Source: Escherichia coli
GTDB lineage: Bacteria; Pseudomonadota; Gammaproteobacteria; Enterobacterales; Enterobacteriaceae
DNA length: 64,000 nucleotides
Strand: one strand, 5' to 3'
Assembly (NCBI RefSeq): GCF_036507355.1
Contig: NZ_AP027877.1
Shown here: one piece after another, positions 43,579 to 54,600 of the stretch
Layout of the letters: every line of letters begins with the position of its first letter
Position numbering within the stretch: the stretch's first letter is position 1
Position numbers and translations under genes: made by a program
Notes under the pieces: generated by a model
Seen by the model: the letters and a program-made list of their open reading frames with translations, nothing else
Told to the model about the DNA's origin: nothing
Databases searched by the model: none

Positions 43579-44034
43579 ATGCAAGAAGGGCAAAACCGTA
43601 AAACATCGTCCCTGAGTATTCTCGCCATCGCTGGGGTGGAACCATATCAGGAGAAGCCGGGCGAAGAGTATATGAATGAAGCCCAGCTGGCGCACTTCCG
43701 TCGTATTCTGGAAGCATGGCGTAATCAACTCAGGGATGAAGTCGATCGCACCGTTACACATATGCAGGATGAAGCAGCCAACTTCCCGGACCCGGTAGAC
43801 CGTGCAGCCCAGGAAGAAGAATTCAGCCTCGAACTGCGTAACCGTGATCGCGAGCGTAAGCTGATCAAAAAGATCGAGAAGACGCTGAAAAAAGTGGAAG
43901 ACGAAGATTTCGGCTACTGCGAATCCTGCGGTGTTGAAATTGGTATTCGCCGTCTGGAAGCGCGCCCGACAGCCGATCTGTGCATCGACTGCAAAACGCT
44001 GGCTGAAATTCGCGAAAAACAGATGGCTGGCTAA
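43579..44034 (+). CDS. dksA: RNA polymerase-binding transcription factor DksA
   Basis: ORF 43561..44034; 151-aa product [20 protein letters not shown]...; C4 zinc finger [25 protein letters not shown]. Confidence 0.95.
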   Translation: MQEGQNRKTSSLSILAIAGVEPYQEKPGEEYMNEAQLAHFRRILEAWRNQLRDEVDRTVTHMQDEAANFPDPVDRAAQEEEFSLELRNRDRERKLIKKIEKTLKKVEDEDFGYCESCGVEIGIRRLEARPTADLCIDCKTLAEIREKQMAG

Positions 44035-44070
44035 TTACAGCCGTTCCATCACGTTTACCACAGGCGGGAA

Positions 44071-44997
44071 ATGCTCCCGCCTTATTTTTTGTTCAAAGAG
44101 ATGACAGACACACACTATATTGGCCGCTTCGCCCCCTCTCCTTCCGGCGAGCTTCATTTTGGTTCTCTGATTGCTGCGCTTGGCAGCTATTTGCAGGCTC
44201 GCGCCCGGCAAGGTCGCTGGCTGGTACGCATAGAAGATATCGACCCGCCTCGTGAAGTTCCCGGTGCCGCAGAAACTATCCTGCGCCAGCTGGAACATTA
44301 CGGTCTGCACTGGGACGGCGATGTTCTCTGGCAATCGCAACGTCACGATGCCTATCGTGAAGCACTCGCCTGGTTACATGAACAAGGACTAAGTTATTAC
44401 TGCACCTGCACGCGTGCGCGTATTCAAAGCATTGGCGGTATTTACGACGGTCATTGCCGGGTGTTGCATCATGGACCAGACAACGCCGCAGTGCGTATCC
44501 GCCAGCAGCATCCGGTCACGCAATTTACTGACCAGCTGCGCGGCATTATTCACGCCGACGAAAAACTGGCACGGGAAGATTTTATTATTCATCGCCGTGA
44601 TGGTTTGTTTGCCTATAACCTGGCGGTGGTGGTGGATGATCACTTCCAGGGCGTGAGCGAAATTGTCCGCGGGGCAGATTTGATCGAACCGACAGTGCGG
44701 CAAATCTCGCTGTACCAGCTTTTTGGCTGGAAAGTGCCAGATTACATTCATCTGCCGCTGGCGCTTAATCCACAAGGCGCTAAACTTTCCAAGCAGAATC
44801 ATGCGCCTGCGTTGCCGAAAGGTGATCCACGCCCGGTACTAATCGCGGCACTTCAATTTCTGGGGCAGCAGGCAGAAGCACACTGGCAGGATTTCAGCGT
44901 CGAGCAAATCCTTCAGTCAGCCGTCAAAAACTGGCGGCTTACCGCAGTGCCTGAGTCGGCAATTGTAAATTCAACATTCTCAAATGCGTCATGCTGA
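44071..44997 (+). CDS. gluQ: Glutamyl-Q tRNA(Asp) synthetase (start may be internal ATG at 44101)
   Basis: 308-aa ORF; class I aaRS HIGH-like motif [15 protein letters not shown]. Confidence 0.85.
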   Translation: MLPPYFLFKEMTDTHYIGRFAPSPSGELHFGSLIAALGSYLQARARQGRWLVRIEDIDPPREVPGAAETILRQLEHYGLHWDGDVLWQSQRHDAYREALAWLHEQGLSYYCTCTRARIQSIGGIYDGHCRVLHHGPDNAAVRIRQQHPVTQFTDQLRGIIHADEKLAREDFIIHRRDGLFAYNLAVVVDDHFQGVSEIVRGADLIEPTVRQISLYQLFGWKVPDYIHLPLALNPQGAKLSKQNHAPALPKGDPRPVLIAALQFLGQQAEAHWQDFSVEQILQSAVKNWRLTAVPESAIVNSTFSNASC

Positions 44998-45056
44998 GCT
45001 ATGATTAGCCGCTATTTTTTTGTCCTGAATGATGTTTGACACTACCGAGGTGTACT

Positions 45057-46454
45057 ATTTTTACCCGAGTCGCTAATTTTTGCCGCAAGGTGCTAAGCCG
45101 CGAGGAAAGCGAGGCTGAACAGGCAGTCGCCCGTCCACAGGTGACGGTGATCCCGCGTGAGCAGCATGCTATTTCCCGCAAAGATATCAGTGAAAATGCC
45201 CTGAAGGTAATGTACAGGCTCAATAAAGCGGGATACGAAGCCTGGCTGGTTGGCGGCGGCGTGCGCGACCTGTTACTTGGCAAAAAGCCGAAAGACTTTG
45301 ACGTAACCACTAACGCCACGCCTGAGCAGGTGCGCAAACTGTTCCGTAACTGCCGCCTGGTGGGTCGCCGTTTCCGTCTGGCTCATGTGATGTTTGGCCC
45401 GGAGATTATCGAAGTTGCGACCTTCCGTGGACACCACGAAGGTAACGTCAGCGACCGCACGACCTCCCAACGCGGGCAAAACGGCATGTTGCTGCGCGAC
45501 AACATTTTCGGCTCCATCGAAGAAGACGCCCAGCGCCGCGATTTCACTATCAACAGCCTGTATTACAGCGTAGCGGATTTTACCGTCCGTGATTACGTTG
45601 GCGGTATGAAGGATCTGAAGGACGGCGTTATCCGTCTGATTGGTAACCCGGAAACGCGCTACCGTGAAGATCCGGTACGTATGCTGCGCGCAGTACGTTT
45701 TGCCGCCAAATTGGGTATGCGCATCAGCCCGGAAACCGCAGAACCGATCCCTCGCCTCGCTACCCTGCTGAACGATATCCCACCGGCACGCCTGTTTGAA
45801 GAATCGCTTAAACTGCTACAAGCGGGCTACGGTTACGAAACCTATAAGCTGCTGTGTGAATATCATCTGTTCCAGCCGCTGTTCCCGACCATTACCCGCT
45901 ACTTCACGGAAAATGGCGACAGCCCGATGGAGCGGATCATTGAACAGGTGCTGAAGAATACCGATACGCGTATCCATAACGATATGCGCGTGAACCCGGC
46001 GTTCCTGTTTGCCGCCATGTTCTGGTACCCACTGCTGGAGACGGCACAGAAGATCGCCCAGGAAAGCGGCCTGACCTATCACGACGCTTTCGCGCTGGCG
46101 ATGAACGACGTGCTGGACGAAGCCTGCCGTTCACTGGCAATCCCGAAACGTCTGACGACGTTAACCCGCGATATCTGGCAGTTGCAGTTGCGTATGTCCC
46201 GACGTCAGGGTAAACGTGCATGGAAACTGCTGGAGCATCCTAAGTTCCGTGCGGCTTATGACCTGTTGGCCTTGCGAGCTGAAGTTGAACGTAACGCTGA
46301 ACTGCAGCGTCTGGTGAAATGGTGGGGTGAGTTCCAGGTTTCCGCGCCACCAGACCAAAAAGGGATGCTCAACGAGCTGGATGAAGAACCGTCACCGCGT
46401 CGTCGTACTCGTCGTCCACGCAAACGCGCACCACGTCGTGAGGGTACCGCATGA
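45057..46454 (+). CDS. pcnB: Poly(A) polymerase I (non-canonical AUU start)
   Basis: ORF 45036..46454; established PAP I N-terminus begins [18 protein letters not shown] at ATT 45057, preceded by GAGG. Confidence 0.9.
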
Positions 46455-46930
46455 CAGTGGCGTATATTGCCATAGGCAGCAATCTGGCCTCTCCGCTGGA
46501 GCAGGTCAATGCTGCCCTGAAAGCATTAGGCGATATCCCTGAAAGCCACATTCTTGCCGTTTCTTCGTTTTACCGCACTCCACCGCTGGGGCCGCAAGAT
46601 CAACCCGATTACTTAAATGCAGCCGTAGCGCTGGAAACCTCTCTTGCCCCTGAAGAGCTACTCAATCACACTCAGCGTATTGAGTTACAACAAGGTCGCG
46701 TCCGTAAAGCGGAACGCTGGGGACCGCGCACGCTGGATCTCGACATCATGCTGTTTGGTAATGAAGTAATAAATACCGAACGCCTGACCGTTCCGCACTA
46801 CGATATGAAGAATCGTGGATTTATGCTGTGGCCGCTGTTTGAAATCGCGCCGGAGTTGGTGTTTCCTGATGGGGAGACGTTGCGTGAAATTTTACATGCA
46901 AGAAAATTTAGTAAATTAAACCAGTGGTAA
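46451..46930 (+). CDS. folK: 6-hydroxymethyl-7,8-dihydropterin pyrophosphokinase
   Basis: 159-aa [66 protein letters not shown]; overlaps pcnB stop by 4 nt. Confidence 0.95.
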
Positions 46931-47076
46931 TTTATTAATTTCGTGAATATAAATAATTTCCGAAAATCACATCATTCCAATTCCCAAACCAATCCTATTA
47001 GAGTAGACACTAGCTACATCAATTAATATTTAAATGCATCCTACCCATCTCCTTACACGAAACATCTCCATTTTGA

Positions 47077-47117
47077 AATTTAAATTTACTTAACCCTGAT
47101 TTAAGTAAATTTAAATT
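47077..47117. promoter_or_regulatory. 17-bp perfect palindrome in AT-rich yadN upstream region (candidate operator)
   Basis: AATTTAAATTTACTTAA -7 nt spacer CCCTGAT- TTAAGTAAATTTAAATT; ~175 bp upstream of yadN start. Confidence 0.4.
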
Positions 47118-47290
47118 GCTCAAGTAACTTTAAAATGCACAATATGCGTCCTAATGAGGAATGATTGTAAATTTAGGTAACAAACAATCATTTCTCATTA
47201 ATGTTTGAATATATCTTTATATATTTGAGCCATGAATAGTCATACTTCAAATTAATGAACTACCTTATGGAATATTATTCAAGGATTATT

Positions 47291-47875
47291 ATGTCGAAAA
47301 AATTAGGTTTTGCGCTGTCCGGCTTGATGTTAGCAATGGTTGCTGGTAATGCTTCTGCAGCACTGGACGGTGGCCAATTAAATATCAGCGGTCTGGTAGT
47401 TGATAACACCTGTGAAACCCGTGTTGATGGTGGCAACAAAGATGGCCTGGTGCTGCTGCAAACTGCAACTGTTAGTGAAATCACTGCAGGCGTACTGAAT
47501 GACACCGTAGGTGCTAAAGCTAAACCTTTCAGCATCACCGTTGACTGCAGCAATGCGAACCCGAATCCTGGTAGCACTGCTAAAATGACCTTCGGTTCCG
47601 TGTTCTTTGGCAATAGCAAAGGGACTCTGAACAACGATATGTCTATTAATACCCCGGCTGATGGTGTAAATATTGCCCTGCACAATATTGATGGTTCTAC
47701 TATCAAACAGGTTCAAATTAACAACCCAGGTGATGCTTACATTAAAACCATGGATGCAACCTCAAAAACTGCAACTTTTGATTTTAAAGCATCCTATGTT
47801 CGTGCTGAAACAAGCACAGCACCAACTGCTGGTTATGTTAAAACCAACACTGCATATACCATTACTTACCAGTAA
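47291..47875 (+). CDS. yadN: Fimbrial major subunit-like protein YadN
   Basis: ORF 47255..47875; 194-aa product from [23 protein letters not shown] (signal peptide), fimbrial subunit C-terminus ...YTITYQ. Confidence 0.85.
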   Translation: MSKKLGFALSGLMLAMVAGNASAALDGGQLNISGLVVDNTCETRVDGGNKDGLVLLQTATVSEITAGVLNDTVGAKAKPFSITVDCSNANPNPGSTAKMTFGSVFFGNSKGTLNNDMSINTPADGVNIALHNIDGSTIKQVQINNPGDAYIKTMDATSKTATFDFKASYVRAETSTAPTAGYVKTNTAYTITYQ

Positions 47876-47980
47876 TCATTCGTTAGATTCATAAAACGAA
47901 TATATTTGGGAGATAACATTCAACTTACTTAGTAGTGGAATATTACTCCCTATTTTAATTAACTCTGTCAGGAATGGTTT

Positions 47981-48721
47981 ATGTTTTTAAACGCTAAACA
48001 TACTGCAGCATTATGTTTCGCCGCTTGTATGAGTTTGAGTACATCGGCAATAGCAGATATCGTAATTTCAGGAACTCGCGTAATTTATAAAAGCGATCAA
48101 AAAAGCGTGAACGTTCGTCTGGAAAATAAAGGGAATAATCCGTTACTTGTTCAGAGCTGGCTGGATACTGGCGACGACAGTGCTGAACCGGGGAGCATTA
48201 AAGTTCCATTTACCGCCACCCCACCGGTTTCACGTATTGATGCCAAACGTGGTCAAACCATTAAATTGATGTACACGGCTTCTTCGCCTCTGCCAAAAGA
48301 CAGAGAAAGTGTTTTCTGGTTTAACGTACTTGAAGTTCCACCCAAGCCTGACGCCGATAAAGTCGCTAATCAGAGCCTTCTGCAATTAGCTTTCCGTACG
48401 CGTATCAAACTGTTTTATCGCCCGGAAGGTTTAAACGGACTGCCAACTGATGCACCAGCTGCACTGAAATGGTCATGGACAACCTCTGCTGGCAAAACTG
48501 CATTGCGCGTCGCAAATCCGACGCCGTATCACGTGTCATTCAGTAGTGGTGATTTAGTCGCCAATGGCAAAACCTACCCACTGGACGTCAAAATGGTGGC
48601 CCCGCTGAGTGAAGAAACCTTCTACATAAAAGGCATGAGTGGTAAAGCAAGTTCGGCAAAAGTGCATTTCTTCGCCATAAATGACTTTGGTGGCGCAATT
48701 GAAGGCAATGCCAGCCTGTAA
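47981..48721 (+). CDS. yadV: Periplasmic fimbrial chaperone (PapD-like)
   Basis: 246-aa ORF, signal peptide, RVIYKSDQKSVNVRLENKGNNPLLVQSW chaperone N-domain. Confidence 0.9.
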   Translation: MFLNAKHTAALCFAACMSLSTSAIADIVISGTRVIYKSDQKSVNVRLENKGNNPLLVQSWLDTGDDSAEPGSIKVPFTATPPVSRIDAKRGQTIKLMYTASSPLPKDRESVFWFNVLEVPPKPDADKVANQSLLQLAFRTRIKLFYRPEGLNGLPTDAPAALKWSWTTSAGKTALRVANPTPYHVSFSSGDLVANGKTYPLDVKMVAPLSEETFYIKGMSGKASSAKVHFFAINDFGGAIEGNASL

Positions 48722-48755
48722 CTAAATCAGGAATAAACGCAGCAGGAAGCACAAC

Positions 48756-51356
48756 GTGTCCAGAAAAATCATAAAAACGCATAATAACAAACTTACTTAT
48801 ATAGCCTCGTTTTGCGCATTGCTGTTAAGCCCCTGTGCCATAAGCGCTGAACACGTTGAATATGATAATACCTTTTTGATGGGGCAAGATGCTTCTAACA
48901 TCGACCTTAGTCGGTATACCGAAGGTAACCCTACCTTGCCCGGCGTGTATGACGTCAGTGTTTATGTCAACGATCAACCAGTTATCAGCCAAAGCATCTC
49001 CTTTATTACCCTCGAAGGTAAGAAAAATGCGCAGGCTTGTATCACGCTGAAGAATTTATTGCAATTTCACATTAACCAGCCTGATATAAAAGACGAGAAT
49101 GCCATCCTTCTTCAACGAGAAGAAGAGCTAGGGGACTGTCTCGATCTGGGGAATGTTATTCCTCAAGCTTCCGTTCATTACGACGTTAATGATCAACGAC
49201 TGGACATCAACGTTCCTCAAGCCTGGGTAATGAAGAATTACCAAAACTATGTTGATCCATCATTGTGGGAAAACGGTATTAACGCTGCAATGCTGTCCTA
49301 CAATGTCAACGCATATCACAGCGAAATACCAGACAGAAAAAACGACAGTGTTTATGCGGCATTTAACGGCGGTATAAATCTGGGGGCATGGCGGCTTCGT
49401 GCCACCGGTAACTACAACTGGATGACCGATGCAGGCACTAATTACGATTTTCAAAATCGCTATTTGCAGCGCGACCTGGCCTCTTTGCGTTCACAGTTAG
49501 TTGTGGGTGAGTCATACACAACTGGGGAAACCTTTGATTCTGTCAGTATTCGCGGTGTTCGCTTATACAGTGACAGCCGAATGCTACCACCTACATTAGC
49601 CAGTTTTGCGCCAATTATTCATGGTGTTGCTAACACCAACGCAAAAGTCACCATTACCCAGGGTGGTTATAAAATCTATGAAACTACCGTGCCGCCGGGC
49701 GCATTTGTCATTGATGATGTAAGCCCATCAGGCTACGGCAGCGATCTCATTGTCACAATCGAAGAGTCTGATGGCACAAAGCGAACTTTTTCCCAGCCAT
49801 TTTCTTCGGTCGTTCAGATGTTACGTCCAGGTGTGGGAAGATGGGACATCAGTGCAGGTAAGATCTTAAAAGACGATATTCAAAATGAGCCTAATTTGTT
49901 CCAGGCCAGTTATTACTATGGTCTGAACAACCTCCTGACGGGGTATACCGGTATTCAGATTACCGATAATAACTATACTGCCGGGCTGCTTGGTCTTGGT
50001 CTGAATACCACATACGGTGCGTTTTCAGTCGATGTAACCCATTCAGATGTGCAAATTCCGGATGATAAAACCTACCGGGGGCAAAGCTATCGCCTTTCCT
50101 GGAATAAGTTATTTGAAGATACCAGAACTTCGCTCAATATCGCGGCTTACCGTTATTCTACCCAGAATTATCTGGGGCTTAACGATGCCCTGACACTGAT
50201 CGACGAAGTAAAACATCCTGAACAGGACCTGGAACCTAAAAATATGCGTAACTATTCTCGCATGAAAAATCAGGTTACGGTCAGTATTAACCAACCGCTG
50301 AAATATGGAAAGGAAGACTACGGCTCATTCTATCTTTCCGGAAGTTGGTCTGATTATTGGGCTTCCGGTCAAAATAATACCAATTACTCCCTCGGCTACA
50401 GTAACAGCGCATCGTGGGGCAGCTACAGCATTAGTGCTCAGCGCTCCCGGGATCAAGACGGCGATAATGAAGATAGCATCTATCTAAGCTTTAGTATTCC
50501 TATCGAAAAATTACTGGGTACAGAACATCGTAATTCTGGTTTTCAGACCATTGATACTCAGTTAAGTAGTGATTTCGATGGCAGCAACCAACTCAGTATC
50601 AGTAGTAGTGGTTTTAGCGACGATAACCGTATCAGTTATAGCGTCAATACGGGCTATTCGATGATGAAGTCCAGCGATGATTTGAGCTATATCGGTGGGT
50701 ATGCGAGCTATGAATCTCCCTGGGGAACACTTGCCAGTTCAGTTTCCGCCAGCAGCGATAATAGCCGTCAGATCTCATTTAATACCGATGGTGGATTTGT
50801 TTTGCATAGCGGCGGCCTGACCTTCAGTAATGATAGCTTCAGCGATTCCGATACTTTGGCGGTTATACAAGCGCCAGGAGCTAAAGGGGCACGCATTAAC
50901 TATGGTAATAGCACGGTAGACCGTTGGGGATATGGCGTTACTAATGCACTTTCGCCATACCATGAAAACCGAATTGCACTCGATATTAACGGTCTCGAAA
51001 ATGACGTTGAGCTGAAAAGTACCAGTGCTGTTGCCGTACCACGCCAGGGGTCTGTTGTCTTTGCTGGTTTTGAAACTGTCCAGGGGCAATCGGCTATCAT
51101 GAACATCAAGCGTACAGATGGTAAAAACATTCCGTTTGCCGCTGATATTTATGACGAAAACGGCAATATCATTGGTAACGTTGGGCAAGGTGGTCAGGCC
51201 TTTGTTCGAGGTATAGAACAACAAGGCAATATACGAATCAACTGGCTTGACGAGGGTAAACCTGTTACTTGCCTTGCTCATTACCAACAGAGCGCAGCAC
51301 CAGAAAAAATAGCGCAATCTATTATTTTGAATGGAATTAGTTGTCAGATTCAGTAA
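48756..51356 (+). CDS. htrE: Fimbrial outer-membrane usher protein
   Basis: 866-codon ORF (GTG start), usher family (PapC/FimD-like). Confidence 0.9.
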   Translation: MSRKIIKTHNNKLTYIASFCALLLSPCAISAEHVEYDNTFLMGQDASNIDLSRYTEGNPTLPGVYDVSVYVNDQPVISQSISFITLEGKKNAQACITLKNLLQFHINQPDIKDENAILLQREEELGDCLDLGNVIPQASVHYDVNDQRLDINVPQAWVMKNYQNYVDPSLWENGINAAMLSYNVNAYHSEIPDRKNDSVYAAFNGGINLGAWRLRATGNYNWMTDAGTNYDFQNRYLQRDLASLRSQLVVGESYTTGETFDSVSIRGVRLYSDSRMLPPTLASFAPIIHGVANTNAKVTITQGGYKIYETTVPPGAFVIDDVSPSGYGSDLIVTIEESDGTKRTFSQPFSSVVQMLRPGVGRWDISAGKILKDDIQNEPNLFQASYYYGLNNLLTGYTGIQITDNNYTAGLLGLGLNTTYGAFSVDVTHSDVQIPDDKTYRGQSYRLSWNKLFEDTRTSLNIAAYRYSTQNYLGLNDALTLIDEVKHPEQDLEPKNMRNYSRMKNQVTVSINQPLKYGKEDYGSFYLSGSWSDYWASGQNNTNYSLGYSNSASWGSYSISAQRSRDQDGDNEDSIYLSFSIPIEKLLGTEHRNSGFQTIDTQLSSDFDGSNQLSISSSGFSDDNRISYSVNTGYSMMKSSDDLSYIGGYASYESPWGTLASSVSASSDNSRQISFNTDGGFVLHSGGLTFSNDSFSDSDTLAVIQAPGAKGARINYGNSTVDRWGYGVTNALSPYHENRIALDINGLENDVELKSTSAVAVPRQGSVVFAGFETVQGQSAIMNIKRTDGKNIPFAADIYDENGNIIGNVGQGGQAFVRGIEQQGNIRINWLDEGKPVTCLAHYQQSAAPEKIAQSIILNGISCQIQ

Positions 51357-51375
51357 CAACAGGGAATTTCACATA

Positions 51376-51945
51376 ATGAGAATAACACTGCATAAATTGG
51401 CAATACTGACGGGATTATTTTTATCATCCTCTGTACTTGCAACAGACATTAATGTTGATTTTACAGCAACCGTAAAAGCATCAACTTGTAATATTACGCT
51501 AACAGGTAACAATGTCACCAGTGACGGGAATGACACCTACACACTAACATTCCCTGGTACTATTGGCCTGGATAAAATTGCAAATAAAACTACTCAGGCA
51601 CAGGCGAATTTTAATCTGGTTGCCAGCGGTTGTACCACAGGCGTCAGTAAAATCACCACCAAACTCAGTGGAAGTGCTTCGGGAAGTTCACCCGCATTAA
51701 TCATTCCGTCAACTTCCGACACTACATCAACCACCGATTATATTGGTATGGGTATAAAAAGAATTGATACTGATGATTCGACATTTTTAACCCCAAACAG
51801 TGCACAAAGCATTATATGGAGTGGAACAGAAATTAGCAGCACTGAGGGTCTTAAACTGACCGTTGCATTGCGCGAAACCAGTGCTGGCAGGGGCGTTCCT
51901 GGCGATTTCCGCGCCCAGGCAACATTCAATTTCATTTATGAATAA
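51376..51945 (+). CDS. yadM: Fimbrial subunit-like protein YadM
   Basis: ORF 51331..51945; 189-aa product from MRITLHKLAILTGLFLSSSVLA. Confidence 0.8.
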   Translation: MRITLHKLAILTGLFLSSSVLATDINVDFTATVKASTCNITLTGNNVTSDGNDTYTLTFPGTIGLDKIANKTTQAQANFNLVASGCTTGVSKITTKLSGSASGSSPALIIPSTSDTTSTTDYIGMGIKRIDTDDSTFLTPNSAQSIIWSGTEISSTEGLKLTVALRETSAGRGVPGDFRAQATFNFIYE

Positions 51946-51959
51946 CAGGGATGATAATA

Positions 51960-52565
51960 ATGAAATCTAAAACATTACGTTATGGACTGCCTGCTGGTAT
52001 TATTTTGACGGCATCCCTATTCACCAGCCAATTGTTTGCAGCGACAGATAACGTTAAGCTGAATGTTAAAGCAACCGTAGAGATGGGAACCTGTACCGCC
52101 AGCCTGGTGGATGACAATGATCAACCTTTAACTGTTGTTGCATTTGGTGACGCTTATATTCCTGAAATTGATGCCAAAACAAAAATTAAAACTTTTAAGT
52201 TACAGTTTAAGGACTGTGCAGGCGTTCCTAATAAAAAGGCCTTGGTCAAATTAACTAAACGCGCAACGTGTGAAGGAACGGCCAACGATGGGCCTGGATT
52301 TGCAAACGGCTCCGCTGCGGCTGATAAAGCAAGCGCTGTGGCGGTTGAAGTATGGAGTACCACGGCACCCGCTACAGGTGGCGCGACTCAATTTAGCTGT
52401 GTAACACCGGTCGCTCAGGAAGTGAATATCTCCGCTGCAACAGGAAATACATCGGTATATCATCCTATGAGTGCACGCCTGGTGGTAGAGAAAAATAAAA
52501 GCAGTACCGACATCACTGCCGGTCCGTTTTCGGCACCTGCGACATTTTCTATCACCTATAACTAA
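51960..52565 (+). CDS. yadL: Fimbrial subunit-like protein YadL
   Basis: ORF 51951..52565; product from MKSKTLRYGLPAGIILTASLFTSQLFA; C-terminal ...FSITYN. Confidence 0.8.
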   Translation: MKSKTLRYGLPAGIILTASLFTSQLFAATDNVKLNVKATVEMGTCTASLVDDNDQPLTVVAFGDAYIPEIDAKTKIKTFKLQFKDCAGVPNKKALVKLTKRATCEGTANDGPGFANGSAAADKASAVAVEVWSTTAPATGGATQFSCVTPVAQEVNISAATGNTSVYHPMSARLVVEKNKSSTDITAGPFSAPATFSITYN

Positions 52566-52591
52566 CAGGCCATTAAAGTCAGGGACCGATT

Positions 52592-53188
52592 ATGCTTTCC
52601 TCTCAACTAAAAATTAAGATAAAAACAAGTCTGTTCCTGGCATTATTGTTTGCCACATCCAGCCCTGTATATGCAGGACTGGATGTGGATATGGTTGCCA
52701 ATATCAAGAACAGTACATGTAAAAGTGGCCTCAGCAACCTTGGTAATATCGACCTTGGTGTGGTGGGTGTGGAGTATTTTTCTGGTAATGTCACGGCTGA
52801 AGACAATTATCCCGGCGGGAGAGAGTTCACTGTCACTGTGACTGACTGCGCCATCCAGGGTTCTGGAAATGTGTTAAATCAGTTACATATTAACTTTAAA
52901 CCACTCAATGGCGTGATGGCGACTGGCTCTCAGCAAATTTTTGCAAATGAAAATGTCGCCGGGGCTCAAAACGTAGGTGTAGTCATATTTTCCATTCAGG
53001 ATCCGGCTAATACATTTAATGTTCTTAATCCAGCGGGCAGTTCTCGTTCAATTTATCCGGTGATGACGGCTGATTTAAACAATTCATCCTGGAAATTCTA
53101 CACACGAATGCAAAAAATTAACCCAGCGCTAAATATCGCATCGGGTCAGGTCAAAAGCACTGTGCTGATTGATATTTATTATGAATAG
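52592..53188 (+). CDS. yadK: Fimbrial subunit-like protein YadK
   Basis: 198-aa ORF with signal peptide; C-terminal ...VLIDIYYE. Confidence 0.8.
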   Translation: MLSSQLKIKIKTSLFLALLFATSSPVYAGLDVDMVANIKNSTCKSGLSNLGNIDLGVVGVEYFSGNVTAEDNYPGGREFTVTVTDCAIQGSGNVLNQLHINFKPLNGVMATGSQQIFANENVAGAQNVGVVIFSIQDPANTFNVLNPAGSSRSIYPVMTADLNNSSWKFYTRMQKINPALNIASGQVKSTVLIDIYYE

Positions 53189-53237
53189 TCTCATGCATAA
53201 GAAATATAACTAAACACACATATTGGGAATGATACAA

Positions 53238-54488
53238 ATGAGAGCCATTCTTAACCACTTAATTTTATTATTATTTATATCCAGTTTTTCGCTCTATGCT
53301 GCCAACAATACAATATTTGTCGTTGGAGCAGGAAACGCCGATAGTTTTGCTGGTCCTTCTGGCAATGGAAGAGCAACATTCCGCTATTCGACGGCCAGTA
53401 ATAATTTAGTATTTTATAAACCAACCGGACCTGGCGTTGTTAAAACAAATGTAAAACTCTACTGGTCACAACTCGACACAGCAAGCGGGGGGAATACAGG
53501 GCTTGTATATTGCAACAGGGCTGGCTCTGCCAGTGACGAACCCATTCTCATTAAGCCTAAAATGGTAGAGTCTGGTTTAACTTATGGCGGTAATAAGCTA
53601 TTTAAAACCTCCGTGACCGGCCTTTACTACACGCTAACTATTTCTAATATTTGGACAGCATGGGACACAACAACTAATATCTCTTCTATCGTTGTCGGTA
53701 ATCGCCCGGATGGTGAGTATGATGGTTTCCGTTTTCAGGTTAGTAATTCTTATGTTAATCAAGGCTGTAATAATGCCGGCACAACCAGTAAATATGCGGC
53801 CATTGGTGGCATAATGCAAAGCCTTACCATCGAATTTTATACCGATGGCACATTTGATCCGGTGCAAAATCAGAAAGTTACCTTATTACGTACTGCTGAC
53901 CACCTCTACGAATTTAAAACGGAAGGAGCAGGTGGCGGTATCAACGAACATAGCAAATCTATTTATGTCGATTTTGATTTGGTAAATATCACGATTACAT
54001 TACCGACCTGTTTTACTTCTGTTCTTACTGGAACATCTGTTAGTGGTTCTACGGTAAAAATGGGGGAATACACCTCTGAGGAAATTAAAAATGGAGCGAC
54101 ACCTGTTCCTTTCGATATTTCCCTGCAAAACTGTATACGGGTAAGAAATATTGAAACAAAGCTTGTTTCCGCAAAAGTTGGCACTGAGAACAGAAAACTA
54201 CTCGGTAATACTCTCACCGGTAATGATGCAGCAAAGGGAGTAGGTGTATTAGTTGAGGGCTTGCTATCCGTTAAAAGTCTGCAAATGGTTCTGGAGCCGA
54301 ATAACGCCTCTTCCGTGTATAAAGATTATGAGTATGAAGACGATGCAACTGAGGGGATATATCCCGATAAAGGAAACGGTACAACACAAGCACTCCATTT
54401 CCAGGCTACATTACAGCAGGATGGAACTATACCAATAGAATCAGGTGAGTTTAAAGCCACCAGTACTTTCCAGGTGACCTACCCTTAA
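53238..54488 (+). CDS. yadC: Fimbrial tip adhesin-like protein YadC (start uncertain, 53223-53250)
   Basis: ORF 53223..54488; signal peptide MRAILNHLILLLFISSFSLYA; two-domain adhesin-like size, C-terminal pilin domain ...TFQVTYP. Confidence 0.8.
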   Translation: MRAILNHLILLLFISSFSLYAANNTIFVVGAGNADSFAGPSGNGRATFRYSTASNNLVFYKPTGPGVVKTNVKLYWSQLDTASGGNTGLVYCNRAGSASDEPILIKPKMVESGLTYGGNKLFKTSVTGLYYTLTISNIWTAWDTTTNISSIVVGNRPDGEYDGFRFQVSNSYVNQGCNNAGTTSKYAAIGGIMQSLTIEFYTDGTFDPVQNQKVTLLRTADHLYEFKTEGAGGGINEHSKSIYVDFDLVNITITLPTCFTSVLTGTSVSGSTVKMGEYTSEEIKNGATPVPFDISLQNCIRVRNIETKLVSAKVGTENRKLLGNTLTGNDAAKGVGVLVEGLLSVKSLQMVLEPNNASSVYKDYEYEDDATEGIYPDKGNGTTQALHFQATLQQDGTIPIESGEFKATSTFQVTYP

Positions 54489-54600
54489 TAAGCCCACCGC
54501 ACCGCCATCATCTGGCGGTGCGGTAATTGATAAATCATTGCCCCCACCAATGTGACTGATAAAATGCCAGGTAACACGACATCATTTATCAGGACACGTT

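Noticed and set aside
46931-47290. Possible invertible phase-variation switch (fimS-like) upstream of yadN
   Set aside because: No flanking inverted-repeat pair at switch-like spacing and no adjacent recombinase gene; only the single compact palindrome is present.
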